A stretch of DNA of 64,000 nucleotides, taken from positions 162,812,001 to 162,876,000 of the forward strand of contig OX597816.1 of assembly GCA_951406725.2 (NCBI GenBank). Direction: 5' to 3'. Under the pieces are notes generated by a model that worked only from the letters and a program-made list of their open reading frames with translations, did not search any database and was not told where the DNA came from. The first letter of the stretch is position 1; each line of letters starts with the position of its first letter. The DNA comes from Octopus vulgaris (Eukaryota). A program made the position numbers and the translations under genes. This document shows positions 37,335-51,189 of the stretch, in pieces.

Positions 37335-37442
37335 GTCATCATCAAGAACGTTGCCACCAGTGCTGCAAAGCAAGCATCATTGTTGCTACCAAATTCATCC
37401 CAATATTGGGTTCCTGCTTTGCTGCTGCTGCTGCTGCTGCTG

Positions 37443-37504
<62 letters not shown>

Positions 37505-37752
37505 GCTACTACTACTACTCGGCATGGTGGTGATATTGCGTTTCTAGATAGTTATCTATCACGTGTAACCCCAGGCTGTATATTTAAGACGGAGACATCC
37601 TTCGAAGAGAAATGAAAAATTTCCCTCGAGATTTTAACACAATTAAAATGAGAGATGTGGGTTGATGGAGAGATAGAGAGTGGAAGAGAGAGAGAGAGAG
37701 AGGGGGGGAGGGGGGAGAGAAATAGATTGATAGATTTGAAGCGAGGGAGAAA

Positions 37753-37789
<37 letters not shown>

Positions 37790-37930
37790 AGAGGGAGGGA
37801 GAGAGAGCAACTGAGAGAGAGTGGAAAGCAGGGAGAATGGGAGAGGGAGAGAGAGAAGGAAATAGAGAGGGAGAAAGGGGGTGGGAGATGACAGAGAAGA
37901 CAGGGAGGTAGAAAAAAGAAACAAAAAAGC

Positions 37931-37962
<32 letters not shown>

Positions 37963-38052
37963 CAAAGATATGTATGCGATTAATCATACATACATACTTA
38001 CATACATACATATATACATACATACATACATACATACATACATACATACATA

Positions 38053-38094
<42 letters not shown>

Positions 38095-38309
38095 GAATAT
38101 ATATGTATATGGTTGTATGTATGTATATATGTATAAATGAAAACAGTACACACATACAGATCCATGTCTGTGTATATATATGAAATATCTATATGTTCGT
38201 ATATACATATTTTATCGTATATTAGAAGTATATGTGTGTGTGTGTGTGTGTGTGTGTATGTATGCATGCCTGTACGTATGTATGTCAAATGACTGAAACA
38301 AATAAAAGA

Positions 38310-38340
<31 letters not shown>

Positions 38341-38371
38341 CGCACACACACTCACATACGCACGCACACAC

Positions 38372-38417
<46 letters not shown>

Positions 38418-38540
38418 GAAGGTAGCGACATCAAACTCCTTTATTCACCAAATTCCATACATCAGAGGAGGCTCCCAATAATAGTGTAACAAAACGGCGG
38501 TGCCCCAGAATGGCCACAGCTTTGAGCTGAAACTAATGAA
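38418..38540 (+). mobile_element. Short CR1/L2-like LINE 3' end
   Basis: GCGACATCAAACTCCTTTATTCACCAA..GGCGGTGCCCCAGAATGGCCACAGCTTTGAGCTGAAAC matches 3623-3745 and 61260-61380. Confidence 0.7.
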
Positions 38541-38655
38541 ACACACACACATGCAACACACGCACACACATCTAAACCATCAGCGATCTCCATATTCACA
38601 GATATGATGTCAGGGTTTTTTCTGTCTACCTGTCTGTCTGTCTGTCTGTATACGG

Positions 38656-38749
<94 letters not shown>

Positions 38750-38832
38750 CCTATCAATCTATCTATCTATCTATCTATCTATCTACCTACCTATCAATCT
38801 ATCTATCTATCTATATATCTCTATATATGTAA

Positions 38833-38873
<41 letters not shown>

Positions 38874-39720
38874 TGTATATATGTATGTGTGTATGTATAT
38901 ATATTATATATAACAGTTGTGGTGGAAGTGATATATGCTGTCCTTGTTACAGATGATGATGATGAGGATGATGATGATGATCATCATCATCATCATAATC
39001 GAGGTCACAATCCTCATTATCCTCACCATTACATCATCACCCATACCGCCATCGCCATCATCATCATCATCATTATCATTTGCAGCAGAAGCACCCGCAG
39101 CACCTGCAGCAGCAAGAGCAGCAGTAGCATTATCTTCCTTATTTACCTTCATTATAATTATGTTGAACGAAAGAGATAAGGAGAGAAAGAGAGTGAAGAG
39201 ATAAAGAAGCAGTTATGAAACCGAATGGAAAAAGAAATAGAGCGAAAGAGACAGGAAGGGAGACAGACAACGAGAGAAAGAGAGAGGAAGTGAGAGAGAG
39301 AGAGAGAGAGAGAGAATGGAAAAGAGAGAGAAAAGTGAAGGAAAGGGGGAGAGAAATATCAATGGAGTGAAATTCGTTTGCTTTACAAACCTCACAAACA
39401 CAACGAAAGAAAACAAGAATAATAACACAAATAAACAAACAAATAGATGAATAATATATAATAAAAACGACAAAAAAAAAGAGAAAAAAACGAAGAAAGA
39501 AGAGAACCAAGAAGCAAACAAGCGATTTCTAGAATAACGATTGAAAATTCAATAAAGCAAACCGGCACCAAATTTGTACTCATTCGTTCCAAAAAAAAAA
39601 ATCGCCTTCTACTAACGTCCAAAATATGCCATCAACTGTTTAATTTAACCAACGAAATTTGCACAGATAAAAGTATAAAAATATAAAGCGAAACAAGAAC
39701 AAAAACAATACGAGAATAAA

Positions 39721-39778
<58 letters not shown>

Positions 39779-40264
39779 GTAAGCCTTGTATATTTTTGTA
39801 CTTTTTGTGTATTGCCGTTTGGTTTTTGTAGTTAAGATGCAGGAATTGTATTGTTGCCATTTTTGGCAGAGAGAACGAGAGAGAGACAGAGTGAAAGAGA
39901 GAGGAGGAGAAAGAGAAAAGAGAAAGAAAGAGTGGGAAGTGGAGGGGAAAGAAGGAAGGAAGGAAAGAAAGAAAAAGAGAGAAAGAGAGAGAGAGTGTGT
40001 GTGTGTAAGAGAGAAATATTGAATGTGAAACCTTAAGATAGTCGAATTAAGCCTGGGGCTTTAATCGAAGGGACGACCCATAGCTTCGTTCAAATAGTCG
40101 TCTTGTCATGAGAAATTGAATCCATCTTCAACAGCTATTTCCTCTCTGCAATTTTGTCTTCGCTTTTTTCCTTTTTATTTTTATACTTATTTATTTATTT
40201 ATTTAATTCATCTTTATTGCATGAAAATTACGTTCACCTCTCCCCCTCTCCCTCTTTCTTTCTT

Positions 40265-40625
40265 TATACTGTTTCTCCCCTATCAATATTTCTCTCCCTT
40301 TTTTTGCTCTCTCTGGCATGATGTCTCCATCGCAATCCTCCCTCTCTCTCTCTTTGTTTTCCCCCTATCAATCTTTCTCTGTCTTTCTTTTGCTCTCTCT
40401 AGCATGAAGTTTCCATTGCACTCCTCTCTCTCTCTCCTTCATTACACTGTTTCTCCCCTACCAATCTTTCTCTCTCTTTCTTTTGCTCTCTCTGGCATGA
40501 TGTCTCCATCGCAATCATCTCTCTCTCTCTTTGTTTTTCCCCTATCAATCTTTCTCTGTCTTTCTTTTGCTCTCTCTAGCATGATGTCTCCATTGCACTC
40601 CTCTCTCTCTATCTCTCTCTCTCTC
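40265..40625. repeat. CT-rich tandem repeat, four ~90-bp units arranged as two dimers
   Basis: Recurrent CCCTA(T/C)CAAT..TTTTGCTCTCTCT(G/A)GCATGA..TCCAT(C/T)GCA. Confidence 0.75.
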
Positions 40626-40769
40626 ACTTCACACATACATAAAGACTCACTTTATTGGAAAACCTTACTCTCTACACCACATTCACTGTCTTTCTATTTT
40701 CTTTCCCATTTTCCCTCTCTCTTACTCTGTTATAAAGGTTTACTTTACATATCTAATTCTCTTTCCATC

Positions 40770-41165
40770 TTTTACTCTTTTACTCGTTTCAGTCATTTGA
40801 CTGCGGCCATGCCTGAGCACCGCCTTTAATCGAAGAAATTGACCGACTTGTAAGCCTAGTATTTATTCTATCGACCTCTTTTGTCGAACCGCTAAGTTTT
40901 GGAGATATAAGCACACCAATATCGGTTGTCAAGCGATGGTGGTGACGGGACAAACACAGACACAAAGACACACACACACACACACACACACAAATAAATA
41001 CATACACGACGGGCTTCTTTTAGTTTCCATCTACCAAATCCACTCATAAGGCTTTGGTCGGCCCTATGCAATAGTAGAAGACACTTGCCGAAGGTGCCAC
41101 ACAGCGAAACTGAACTCGGTTCCATGTAGTTGGGAAGCAAGCTTCTTATCACACAACCATGTCTT
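40770..41165 (-). mobile_element. SINE-B, full length
   Basis: Tail, (CA)n and head. Confidence 0.85.
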
Positions 41166-41694
41166 TCCATCTTTTTATCCTCCCTTATTTTAAACCTCCT
41201 TTCTTTTATGCAACATCTCTAGTTATCGCTCTATCAAGCTCTCTTTCTCTACATTTCTCTCTCTCTCTCCCTCTCTTTCTCTCAATGTATCTTTCTTTCA
41301 ACGCACTCACAAGCATCTTACTATAAATCTCTTCTCTCCCTCGCTCTATTTCGATGACCGTCTCTCCCATTCTCTCCTCTCTCTACATCTTGTTCTCATT
41401 CTCTTTCAATTTTTCTCTTTGTTCATCCATTGATCTCTTTCCCCTTTTTCTCTCACCACTTTTATCCATGCTTTATGCCTTCCTTGAAATGGTGGCATTT
41501 TCATCTCTATTGAATAATTTTTATTGTGGTTCATTTCTTGTTTCAGTCAATTTTATCCTTACCATTATGATTATTGGCAGATTGGTTAAGGCAGCGGTTT
41601 TCAACCGGGGCCCACATGGTCCTTGGGGTCACACGAGTTTCTACTCTTAAAATGTATGTATGTATGTATGTATGTATGTATGTATGTATGTATG

Positions 41695-41722
<28 letters not shown>

Positions 41723-41725
<3 letters not shown>

Positions 41726-44457
41726 CGTAGTGTTCTTAACATTGGAAGCTGCCTCCATCTCTTCTGCTTTCTTCCGCCACCAAGTAACCTGCATACTTCG
41801 AATCATTCTTTTGCACATCTGCTTTTATCTCTTTGAAAAAATTCTATTTTGGTGAGAATCATTTGCCATTAATGAATGCAATGCCTTTCGTTTTTCTGCC
41901 AACAAATGTTGAATATTTCCATCACTTTCATCAAACAAATCTTGATGTTTCTTTTTCTTTACTCCTAAAAGTTCTTTGCTTAAATTGTATAGTTGTCCTC
42001 TGAAGACCACCCAATCATCTGTCCAATCCAAATTTTCGATTTTCTGCTGAAATTCTACTCTAACTGAAGATTCCCATTCAGACATTTAGGGATTTCAGTG
42101 CCACTTTGTCTACTTTTTGGCTTCACTACAAACTTGATCTTTCTAAGAACCAAGCGATGATTTGTCCAACATTCCGCTCCCCGCATGACTCACACTATAC
42201 AGAAATCTATCTTATTCCGCTTTCTAGTTATCATATAGTCTCTCAGGTGCCATTGTTATGAACTTATCTTTTGAAATTATTGTAGTTTTGAACTTATCTA
42301 TTTGCTGAAAAGCAGTGCTCATAATAAATAGATTCAGCTCAGAACTTACATCTGTAACAAAAGTAAGTCATTGCTGTTACAATTTCCCACTCCATGTCTT
42401 CCAATCACATCCTATGTCTCATGATCTTTACCAACTCTAGCATTAAATACGAAGTTATTATATAATCTCTTTCGTGAGGTGTATGGACCATCACGTCCTA
42501 GTTTGGCTCACGTGAAGAATAGGAATGGTGGTTTATTGAGGGATCCATCTTAAAACAATGGGAAGACCATTTCAATGAACTTCTGGATCGACCATCAGTT
42601 GTTGATGAAAAAAGTATTGATTTCACAGAATGCACCTATTGAGTGCTTAGATGACACCCTGTCAGTGGAGAAAACAATAAAAGCAGTATCAAAGCTGAAC
42701 AGTGGCAAAGCACCAGGAGTTGATGGTCTTAGTGTAGAACTATTTAAGTTTGAAGGGTATTACTTGCTGGAAATGCTGACGGTAGTAATACAGAAGATAT
42801 GGAAAAATGCAGTTATGCCAAAAGGCAGGAAGGATGCAGTCATAGAAGTTGTGTTCAAGGGTAAGGGACAAAAGGATTAATGAAATAACTTCCGTGGTAT
42901 TTGCCTGCTTGCTACAACCGGCAAAGTTTTATCACGAATAATGTTGGACCAGCTGCAGAGCTATGTGGCTGATGTGATTTTTCCTGAATTACAGGGTGGA
43001 TCCAGAAATTGTCGGGATACTGTTGACATGATCTTCTCTGCACGCCAGTTACAGGAATAGTGTGTGGAACAGCAATAGGACTTTGTCAGGTATCCATTGA
43101 TCTTACTAATGCTTCTGACTCTGTCAATCTAACTGCCTTGCAGGAGATCTTGAGGAGATTGGATGCCCGGTAAAGTTTCTCGTTATTCTGAAGCAATTTC
43201 ATGATGGCTTGGAGGTAAGGATCAACATTGGTGGAAAGCTCTCAGAGCCTATCTCTGTCATGAATGGGGTAAAACAAGGTGACATACTAGCGCCCACTCT
43301 CTTCACCCTCTATTTTAATATTGTTTCCCAATTGGCTTTCAAACAGCACAGCAGAAAAAAATCGCACAACAGGACAAAATCGCACAACAGGACAAAATCG
43401 GACAGCAGGAAAAATCTTTAACATCAGAAGACTGTCAACTAAGTCATGGACGTCCTCAACTCTTATTAGAAGCCTCCTCTATGCAGATAGAGTTATGGCT
43501 TAACCATAACTCTAACCAAAACAGGAATGCCATACATAGAACCTGGTATCTTCGTGTATGGAAGACAACTTGCTGTAGTTTCTAAGTTTGTTTACTTAGT
43601 GAGCACACTAAGCACATCAGCAAATCTTCATGATGAATTGTCACTACTCATTAAGAAAGCCAGTTTTGCTTTTGGCAAACTGGAAGATCGTCTGTGGTTC
43701 GGACATGGTATTTCCATTGCGATAAAGATTAAGGTATACAATACATGTATCTTAACCTCTTTATTGTATGCTTGTGAAACCTGGACTGCGTACCGTAAGC
43801 ACTTAAAACGTATGGAAAGTTTTCATTAACAAAGTCTCAGAGGGATTTTTGAGGATCAGCTGGAAAATGTTTGTGAGTGACGATGAGGTGCTTGAAAGAT
43901 GGAAAAGCTTCAGTATTGAAGCTTTGCTATTGCAGTATAGTTTGAGATGGAGTGGACACTTGGTCAGAATGACAGACAACAGAATGATTAAACAACTTTT
44001 TTTTGCAGAGAATTAGGGTTAGAGTAAGCGTCCGTCCCACAAACCAAAGATGAGGTAGAAAGATTGTCTGAAATTGGAATTGAATAAGATAAACATTCCA
44101 ATTGACAACTTGGAAAATTTAGCGCATTGCCGAGAAAAATGGAAAAATGAACAAGGGCTGTGTATGAAGGCAAAAATGAATTTGAAAGGAAGAGAATGGG
44201 GCATGCTAAGACCAAAGGAAAGATGAGAAAAAGTGACAGGAATGAAGTTCTAACAAGCATTAATGAACGAGATGATCTTACATCTAATGAATGTGGAAAG
44301 ATTTGCCTTAGTAAGGCTGAGCTAAAGAGCCATCTGAAATCACACATTGCACAACCGCATGTTGATAATAGATGGAGAGATGATTTCGAATCCATACTCT
44401 CTCATAAAGTATGCAGATCAAAAAGTAGCTTGAAAAGGTATAGTAAAGTTCATTGAG
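41723..44457 (+). mobile_element. Degraded RTE-clade LINE with inverted 5' segment (41723-42452 on minus; 42453-44457 on plus), flanked by (TATG)n
   Basis: Minus: FNARVGKD..GRHGVGNCNSN, HQDLFDESD, WWRKKAEE. Plus: WEDHFNELL, GKAPGVDG, GVKQGDILAPTLF, LLYAD, LLYACETW, C2H2-like CGKICLSKAELKSH. Confidence 0.85.
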
Positions 44458-44628
44458 ATGTATGTATGTATGTATGTATGTATGTATGTATGTATGTATG
44501 TATGTATGTATGTATGTATGTATGTATGTATGTATGTATGCATGTATATATGTATGCATGTATATATGTGTGTGCAATAGACCAATTGTACATCTACAAA
44601 GCACAAAATATTTTAACCTTTTTAGTAT

Positions 44629-44802
44629 AGGCATGGCTGTGTGGTAAGAAGCTTGCTTCCCAACCACATGGTTCCAAGTTCAGTTCCACTGCATGATACC
44701 ATAGGCAAGTGTTTTCTGCTATAACCTCGGGCTGAACAAAGCCTTGTGAGTGGATTTCGTTGACGGAAACTGAAAGAAGCACGTCGTATATATGTACGTA
44801 TA

Positions 44803-44884
<82 letters not shown>

Positions 44885-45100
44885 TTTGTGCATGTGTTTG
44901 TCTTCCACCATCACTTGACAACCAGAATTGGTGTGTTTACGTCCCCGTAACTTAACAGTTCGGCAAAAGAGACCGATAGAATAAGAACTAGCCTTTAAAA
45001 AGACGTACTGGAGTCGATCGATTTCTTCGACTAAAACTCTTCAAGGCTGTGCCCCCAGCATGGCCGCAGTGAAATGGCCGAAACAAATGAAAGATAAAAC
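44629..45100 (+). mobile_element. SINE-B, full length
   Basis: Head, (TG)n and tail. Confidence 0.85.
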
Positions 45101-45137
45101 ATGCGATTCCTAATAATATTCAATTATAAAATTATAA

Positions 45138-45567
45138 CTCTTTACTCTTTTCTCTTTTTATTCTTTTACTTGTTTCAGTCATTTGACTGCGGCCATGCTG
45201 GAGCACCGACTTTAGTCGAGCAAATCGACCCCGGGACTTATTCTTTGTAAGCCCAGTACTTATTCTATCGGTCACTTTTGCCGAACCGCTAAGTGACGGG
45301 GACGTAAACACACCAGCATCGGTTGTCAAGCAATGCTAGGGGGACAAACACAGACACACAAACACAGACACACAAACACACACACACACATATATATATA
45401 TACATATATACGACAGGCTTCTTTCAGTTTCCGTCTACCAAATCCACTCACAAGGCATTGGTCGGCCCGGGGCTATAGCTGAAGACACTTGCCCAAGATG
45501 CCACGCAGTGGGACTGAACCCGGAACCATGTGGTTGGTTAGCAAGCTACTTACCACACAGCCACTCC
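45138..45567 (-). mobile_element. SINE-B, full length, close to the apparent consensus (tail-to-tail with the 44629 copy)
   Basis: All segments intact. Confidence 0.9.
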
Positions 45568-45699
45568 ATAAGGACTTTTCTTAAGCATAGAATGTTTATT
45601 AGGGTCCAGCAGAGTAAAACAGTAATCAGAGGTGTTCAAAAGGGGAGAAAGGGTTGAGGAACACAGAGAGCATTGCACCAGAACTAATATGGGCATCTA

Positions 45700-46259
45700 C
45701 CTTCCTTTCTTTTTTCTTTCTTCCTTCCTTCTTTTCATCCTTCCTTCCTTTATTCCTTCTTTCGTTCGTTTGTTCTTTTCTTCTTGTTTTCCTTCCATTC
45801 TTTCTGTCTTTCTTTCTTTTTCTTTCTTTCTTTCTTTCTTTCTCTCTTTCTTTCTTTTGTTCTTCCTTCTTTCTTTCCTTCTTTTCATCCTCCCTTCCTT
45901 CCTTTATTCCTTCTTTCGTTCATTCGTTCTTTTCTTCTTTTCTTCCTTTCGTCCTTCCTTTTTTCTTTCCTTCTTTCTCTTTCTTTCTTTCCTTCTTTCC
46001 TTCTTTCTTTCTTTCTTTTGTTTTCTCTTTCTTTCTTTCCTTCTTTCATTCCTTCCTCATTTTCATCCTTCCTTCCTTCCTTCCTTCCTTCCTTCCTTCC
46101 TACCTTCCTTCCTTCCTCTCTTTCTTTCTTTCTTTCTTTCTTTCTTTTTTTCTTTTGTTTTCTCTTTCTTTCTTTCCTTCTTTCATTCCTTCCTCATTTT
46201 CATCCTTCCTTCCTTCCTTCCTTCCTTCCTTCCTTCCTTCCTACCTTCCTTCCTTCCTC

Positions 46260-46291
<32 letters not shown>

Positions 46292-46325
46292 TTTTTCTTC
46301 CTTTCTCCCCCTTTCCTCTCTCTTT
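45700..46325. repeat. Polypyrimidine (TTTC/TTCC)n tract with an internal duplication
   Basis: Directly visible. Confidence 0.9.
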
Positions 46326-46527
46326 CCATTTGCAACACTTCGCCTTTGCAACACTTCACATTAGCAACACTTCGCAAAGGGGTATTTTACCCGAAATATC
46401 AGTACCATTAAACGCCTTTAAAGTAACATTTCAATATATTTGTTCTAGTTTTTATTTATGTTTAATCTTCCAATTGCATTACTGTAGCCTTCTAATAACG
46501 CATTTCTATCCACATAATCATCCACTA

Positions 46528-46579
<52 letters not shown>

Positions 46580-46936
46580 TAATACTTATAATTATCAACT
46601 ACATACGCAAATATAAGCTGTCCAAATTATGTTTTACTGCCTTGTTGCTCCTACAAATTTATGTAAGAATTTCTTTCGAATTATACATGGTTCTGTTTTA
46701 AAAAATTGTTTTCCTGCACCCTGCCCACCCTGTTTCCCATTTATTGGATATGTAAATTGAAAAACAACAAAAAACACACACACAAAATAACCAGAAACAA
46801 TTGTGCGGAAAAACAAATCTCTCAGCTGATATAACACCAGCAACAACCGACAATATTACTGGAGAATTTTAATCTTAGTTTTAAGCAAATGTGTCGAGAT
46901 ATCTGGCATACTTGATTTACGATATATGCATTTATG

Positions 46937-46969
<33 letters not shown>

Positions 46970-47359
46970 ACAAACATAATACTAACATATATACATCTAT
47001 ATATATATTATAATATATCTATACGTACACACACACATATATATATGTGGGTGTATGTGTGTGTGCGTGTATGTGTGTATGTTAGATATATACATGTTAG
47101 TATGTATGACTGTGTTTGCATAAAAAAAACTAAATAGATGTCTACATGCATATAGAAACATATATATATATATATATATATATAAACATATATACAGACA
47201 GATACAGATACAGACACACACACACACTCACATGCACACACTCTCTCTTTCTCTCTTTCCCTCTCTCGCTCTCTCGCTGTCTATCTCTTTCTGACTCATA
47301 GATTTTAGAACAGAAAAATATATATTAGAATTGTAAATGTTTGCACGTATGTGTATGTT

Positions 47360-47436
<77 letters not shown>

Positions 47437-47442
<6 letters not shown>

Positions 47443-47820
47443 CAACAAAATGGGGCAAGAATGCAAAACATTCAGATAGGTGATGCAAAAAGGGACAATA
47501 AAACATCCATATAGACGATACAAAGAAAACAGGGATGGGTCATTCTGAGTTTTCTTTCCTCAGTTGAGTTCCAGATTATCATTGCAATTTCGGCTGGTTA
47601 TATTCGAAATTGCTCCAATATGGCCATTTCCAAAGAAAAACTAATCTAAGAGCATTAGATTCCTTGGAAGAAAGCAGCGAATGTATCCGAAAACAAGGAC
47701 GGAAAAAACGGAGAATGTTACACAAATACAAATAACAGGACATAACAACAGGTAGCTTTCGACTAAGGACGAATTAAATTAAGCTAGCGTGGGTGGAAAT
47801 AAAGCCTTACGGCAGGGATA
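47437..47820 (-). mobile_element. Family C element, longest copy in the window
   Basis: Reverse complement matches 6117-6360 and 16311-16600. Confidence 0.75.
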
Positions 47821-47894
47821 CACATACACACATTTATAGGCACATATACATATATGTATCTAACGCATACATGCACCTATGCAAACGTGTGTGT

Positions 47895-48228
47895 GGAGTG
47901 GCTGTGTGGTAAGTAGCTTGCTTACCAGCCACATGGTTCTGGGTTCAGTCCCACTGCGTGACACCTTGGACAAGTGTCTTCTACTATAGCCTCAGGCCGA
48001 CCAAAGCCTTGTGAGTGAATTTGGTAGACGGAAACTGGAAGAAGCCTATCGTATATATGTATATATTTATATGTGTGTGTGTCATTGTTTTTGTGTTTGT
48101 CCCCCGCCTACCACCGCTTGGCAACCGATGCTGGTGTGTTTACATCCTCGTAATTTAGCGGTTCGACCAAAGAGACCAATAGAATAAGTACTAGGCTTAC
48201 AAAGAATATGTCATGGGGTCGATTTGTC
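47895..48228 (+). mobile_element. SINE-B, 3'-truncated
   Basis: GGAGTGGCTGTGTGGTAAGTAGCTTGC head and body. Confidence 0.85.
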
Positions 48229-50374
48229 AAGGGTCAACCGATTAAAACATTTCTTGTTTACCTGCTGAAGATTATCCATGACGTCCAGTGATAATCATCT
48301 TCATTTATGAATATCCCCGCTGAATGCTACACGCCCTTCCCCAATATGCATTTCCGGTTACAGATTGGGACATAGAAATACTTCGATGATCAGGGCAGCT
48401 TTTAGTCTGCACGCTTCTGTCTGCGGATAACATTTATTCCGGAAGTCTTCAGCCCTCACCATTTTCAACAGCAACACTATCAAACTGGCAATGACCTTCA
48501 TTCGCGAAGGCTTGGTGTAGTACCTCATGAGAATGGACATTTTTTGATATTCGAAAAGTGACGAGCTGAAAGAATCGTTAGTGCGGCGGACAAAATGCTC
48601 AGCGGCATTTCTTAAGATTTTACGTTCCGTGTTCAAAGGTCAACCTCACCTTATATAGTTTTGGGTTCGATAAAACTTGAACCGGTCAAGCAATGGGGTC
48701 GTTCTCGCCGCAAAATTTTTAATCTTGTGCCTCCTGTAGAAAATAATTATTTGACCTTTGAACCACTTTTTTGGCCGCTCAACCAGGTTTTATCATGGGG
48801 TCGCTATAGCAGTCATAAGTTGAGGATCTTACTGCAAAACGTAAGTCGGACATGTGCAAAACACGTCTCAATCAGTCTCAGTTGATACTTGTATTGCGTG
48901 CATTCGCTGGTACTGTTGTATGCATACATACCTACATACATACATACCTACATACCAACATACATATATAGATACCTACATGCATACGTACATACATACC
49001 AACATACATGACTGCATACCTACATACATGCATGCCTACATACATGCATACATATATACATGCATACATACATACATACATGCATATATAATAAATACAT
49101 ACATGCATACATACATACATGCTTACATACACACATACATACCTACATACCTACATACATACATACATACATACCTAAATACCTACTTACATACGTACAT
49201 ACATACATACCTACATACATACCTATATACATACATGTATAGATACATACATACATGTATAGATAGATAGATAGATAGATACAAACATACATACATACAT
49301 ACATACATACATACATACATACATACATACATACATACATACATACATACATACATAACTCTTGGTTTGTATGTATGAGTGGCTGCTTGTTATTATTGCT
49401 TAAAAAAAAACGTTCTGTTTTCCATTTATAAATAAATCGCAAATATATTTTCGATATCTTTCTTGAACTCAGTGAAAAGGTTATAATTTTCTGAACGAAC
49501 GTAAAAACGTTTATATTTTATTTATTCGAATCACAGGAAACACCTGTTGAATTCCATACAATAAACTCTAATCAGCAGGACTGTTGGCAAAGAAGTTTTT
49601 GCTAAAATCACACAGCGTGTTATGTTATCACGCATTTTTTGTTATTTAAAGTAAAAAAAAAACTGATTGTCGTCAAAATAAACGAACGCGAGATAACAAA
49701 AAAATAATACAAACATTAATGATGCCATCTTTGGAAGATTCAAATGATTTGCTCTAGCCTTTTTTTTATGTCTATTTGTCGGGTCGAGGAAAGAATCATT
49801 GTGCGGCCGAGCGATCTGTTAACATATAATAACTAAACCTCCTTCCTGAATTACACCCTGCTGGTTTTTGAAACTGTATGTAGGATTGTATTGGATAATG
49901 GCTTTCTATTTACGCTGTTTGAAAATAAAGAGGAGATGGTCATAACTGGAATGCTTTTGATCATTGGGTTGCTCAATCAGGTTAGCAATAACTTTATAAA
50001 TATGTTAAACAGCTTGGTTTGATAATACCACGAATTGGTCCTTGAGAACTTTACTAGTGTCCTCTTAGTTGCCGAATGAATGCACGGGTCTCTGCATGGT
50101 CACTTGACCTACTGAAAATAGGAACCAAATCTCAAATCATTCCCATGCCATAAGGTATGGGGAATTTATTTATTGCATGATTACGGTTTTCTATATAAAA
50201 TATCTGAAAATTGAGTTGGTGGTCATAACTGGAACGCTTTTGATCATATGACTGCTCAATCAGAAATGACGTAGGGTTAGCAATAACAACCTGTATATTA
50301 CACTTTATAATCATGTTAAATACTTTAAGTTGTTTTGACAGGCATAATCTGATGCCTGGTTTAATAACTCTTTC

Positions 50375-51150
50375 TATTATAAGGGCAGGGCCGGAAAATT
50401 TTGGGGCATGGTATGGCTAGTCGATTATATCGATTTCACTGGTCAGTTGGTACTTATTTTATCGACCCCGAAAGGATGAAAGGCAAAGTCGATCAAGAAA
50501 GAAATACTACTAAAACTATTGTCCAACGCGTTAACGATTCCGCCAGCTTGTCGCCTTTCTGCCTGGTTTTAAAATGGCTTCAAATTTTGGCATAAGGCCA
50601 GTAAGTTCAGGGAAAGGAGTAAGTCTATTACATCGATCCCAGTGTTTCACTGGTACTTATTTTATCGACCCCGAAAGGCAAGGTCGACCTTAAGGGGATT
50701 TGAACTCAGAACGTAACGACGGACGAAATACTGCTGAGCGTTTTGCCCGGCAAGTTAACGATTCTGCTAACTCACAGTCTTTCTGCCTGGTTAAATAATC
50801 CTTTCTACTAAAGGCACAAGGCCTGACATCTGGGGGGCGGGGGCCAGTCGATTAGATCGACCCGTGTTTCACTGGTACATAATTAATCGACCCCGAAAGG
50901 ATGAAAGGCAAAGTAACCATGGGACACAGTACTCTATGACTTTTCTAAGTTCAAACCACAACGCTTAAACTCATCTTGGCAGATACACTTAGCAGCAGTT
51001 CTTCTGTCTTTACGTTCTGAGTTCAAATTCCACCGAGGCCGACATTAACTTTCATCCTTAAGGGGTTGTTAATATAAATGCTGTCTGAAGAGTAATCCAC
51101 TTAAACACTTCCTCTAAACTTGCTGCGCTGTGCCAAAAATTGAAACCAAT
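50375..51150. mobile_element. Cluster of old SINE-A-related copies (three on minus, one on plus)
   Basis: Repeated ACTGGTAC..ATCGACCCCGAAAGG(ATGAAAGG)CAA motif. Confidence 0.7.
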
Positions 51151-51189
51151 ATATATGTGTGTGTGTATGGGTATCTATATGTACACATA

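Noticed and set aside
41592-41650. hAT-like TIR (CAGCGGTTTTCAACC)
   Set aside because: No matching opposite TIR or 8-bp TSD found.
43355-43410. 18-bp tandem repeat AAAATCGCACAACAGGAC
   Set aside because: Small local duplication within a dead RTE copy; no further significance evident.
45632-46701. Long Phe/Ser/Leu 'membrane protein' ORFs
   Set aside because: Polypyrimidine simple repeat that lacks stop codons by composition.
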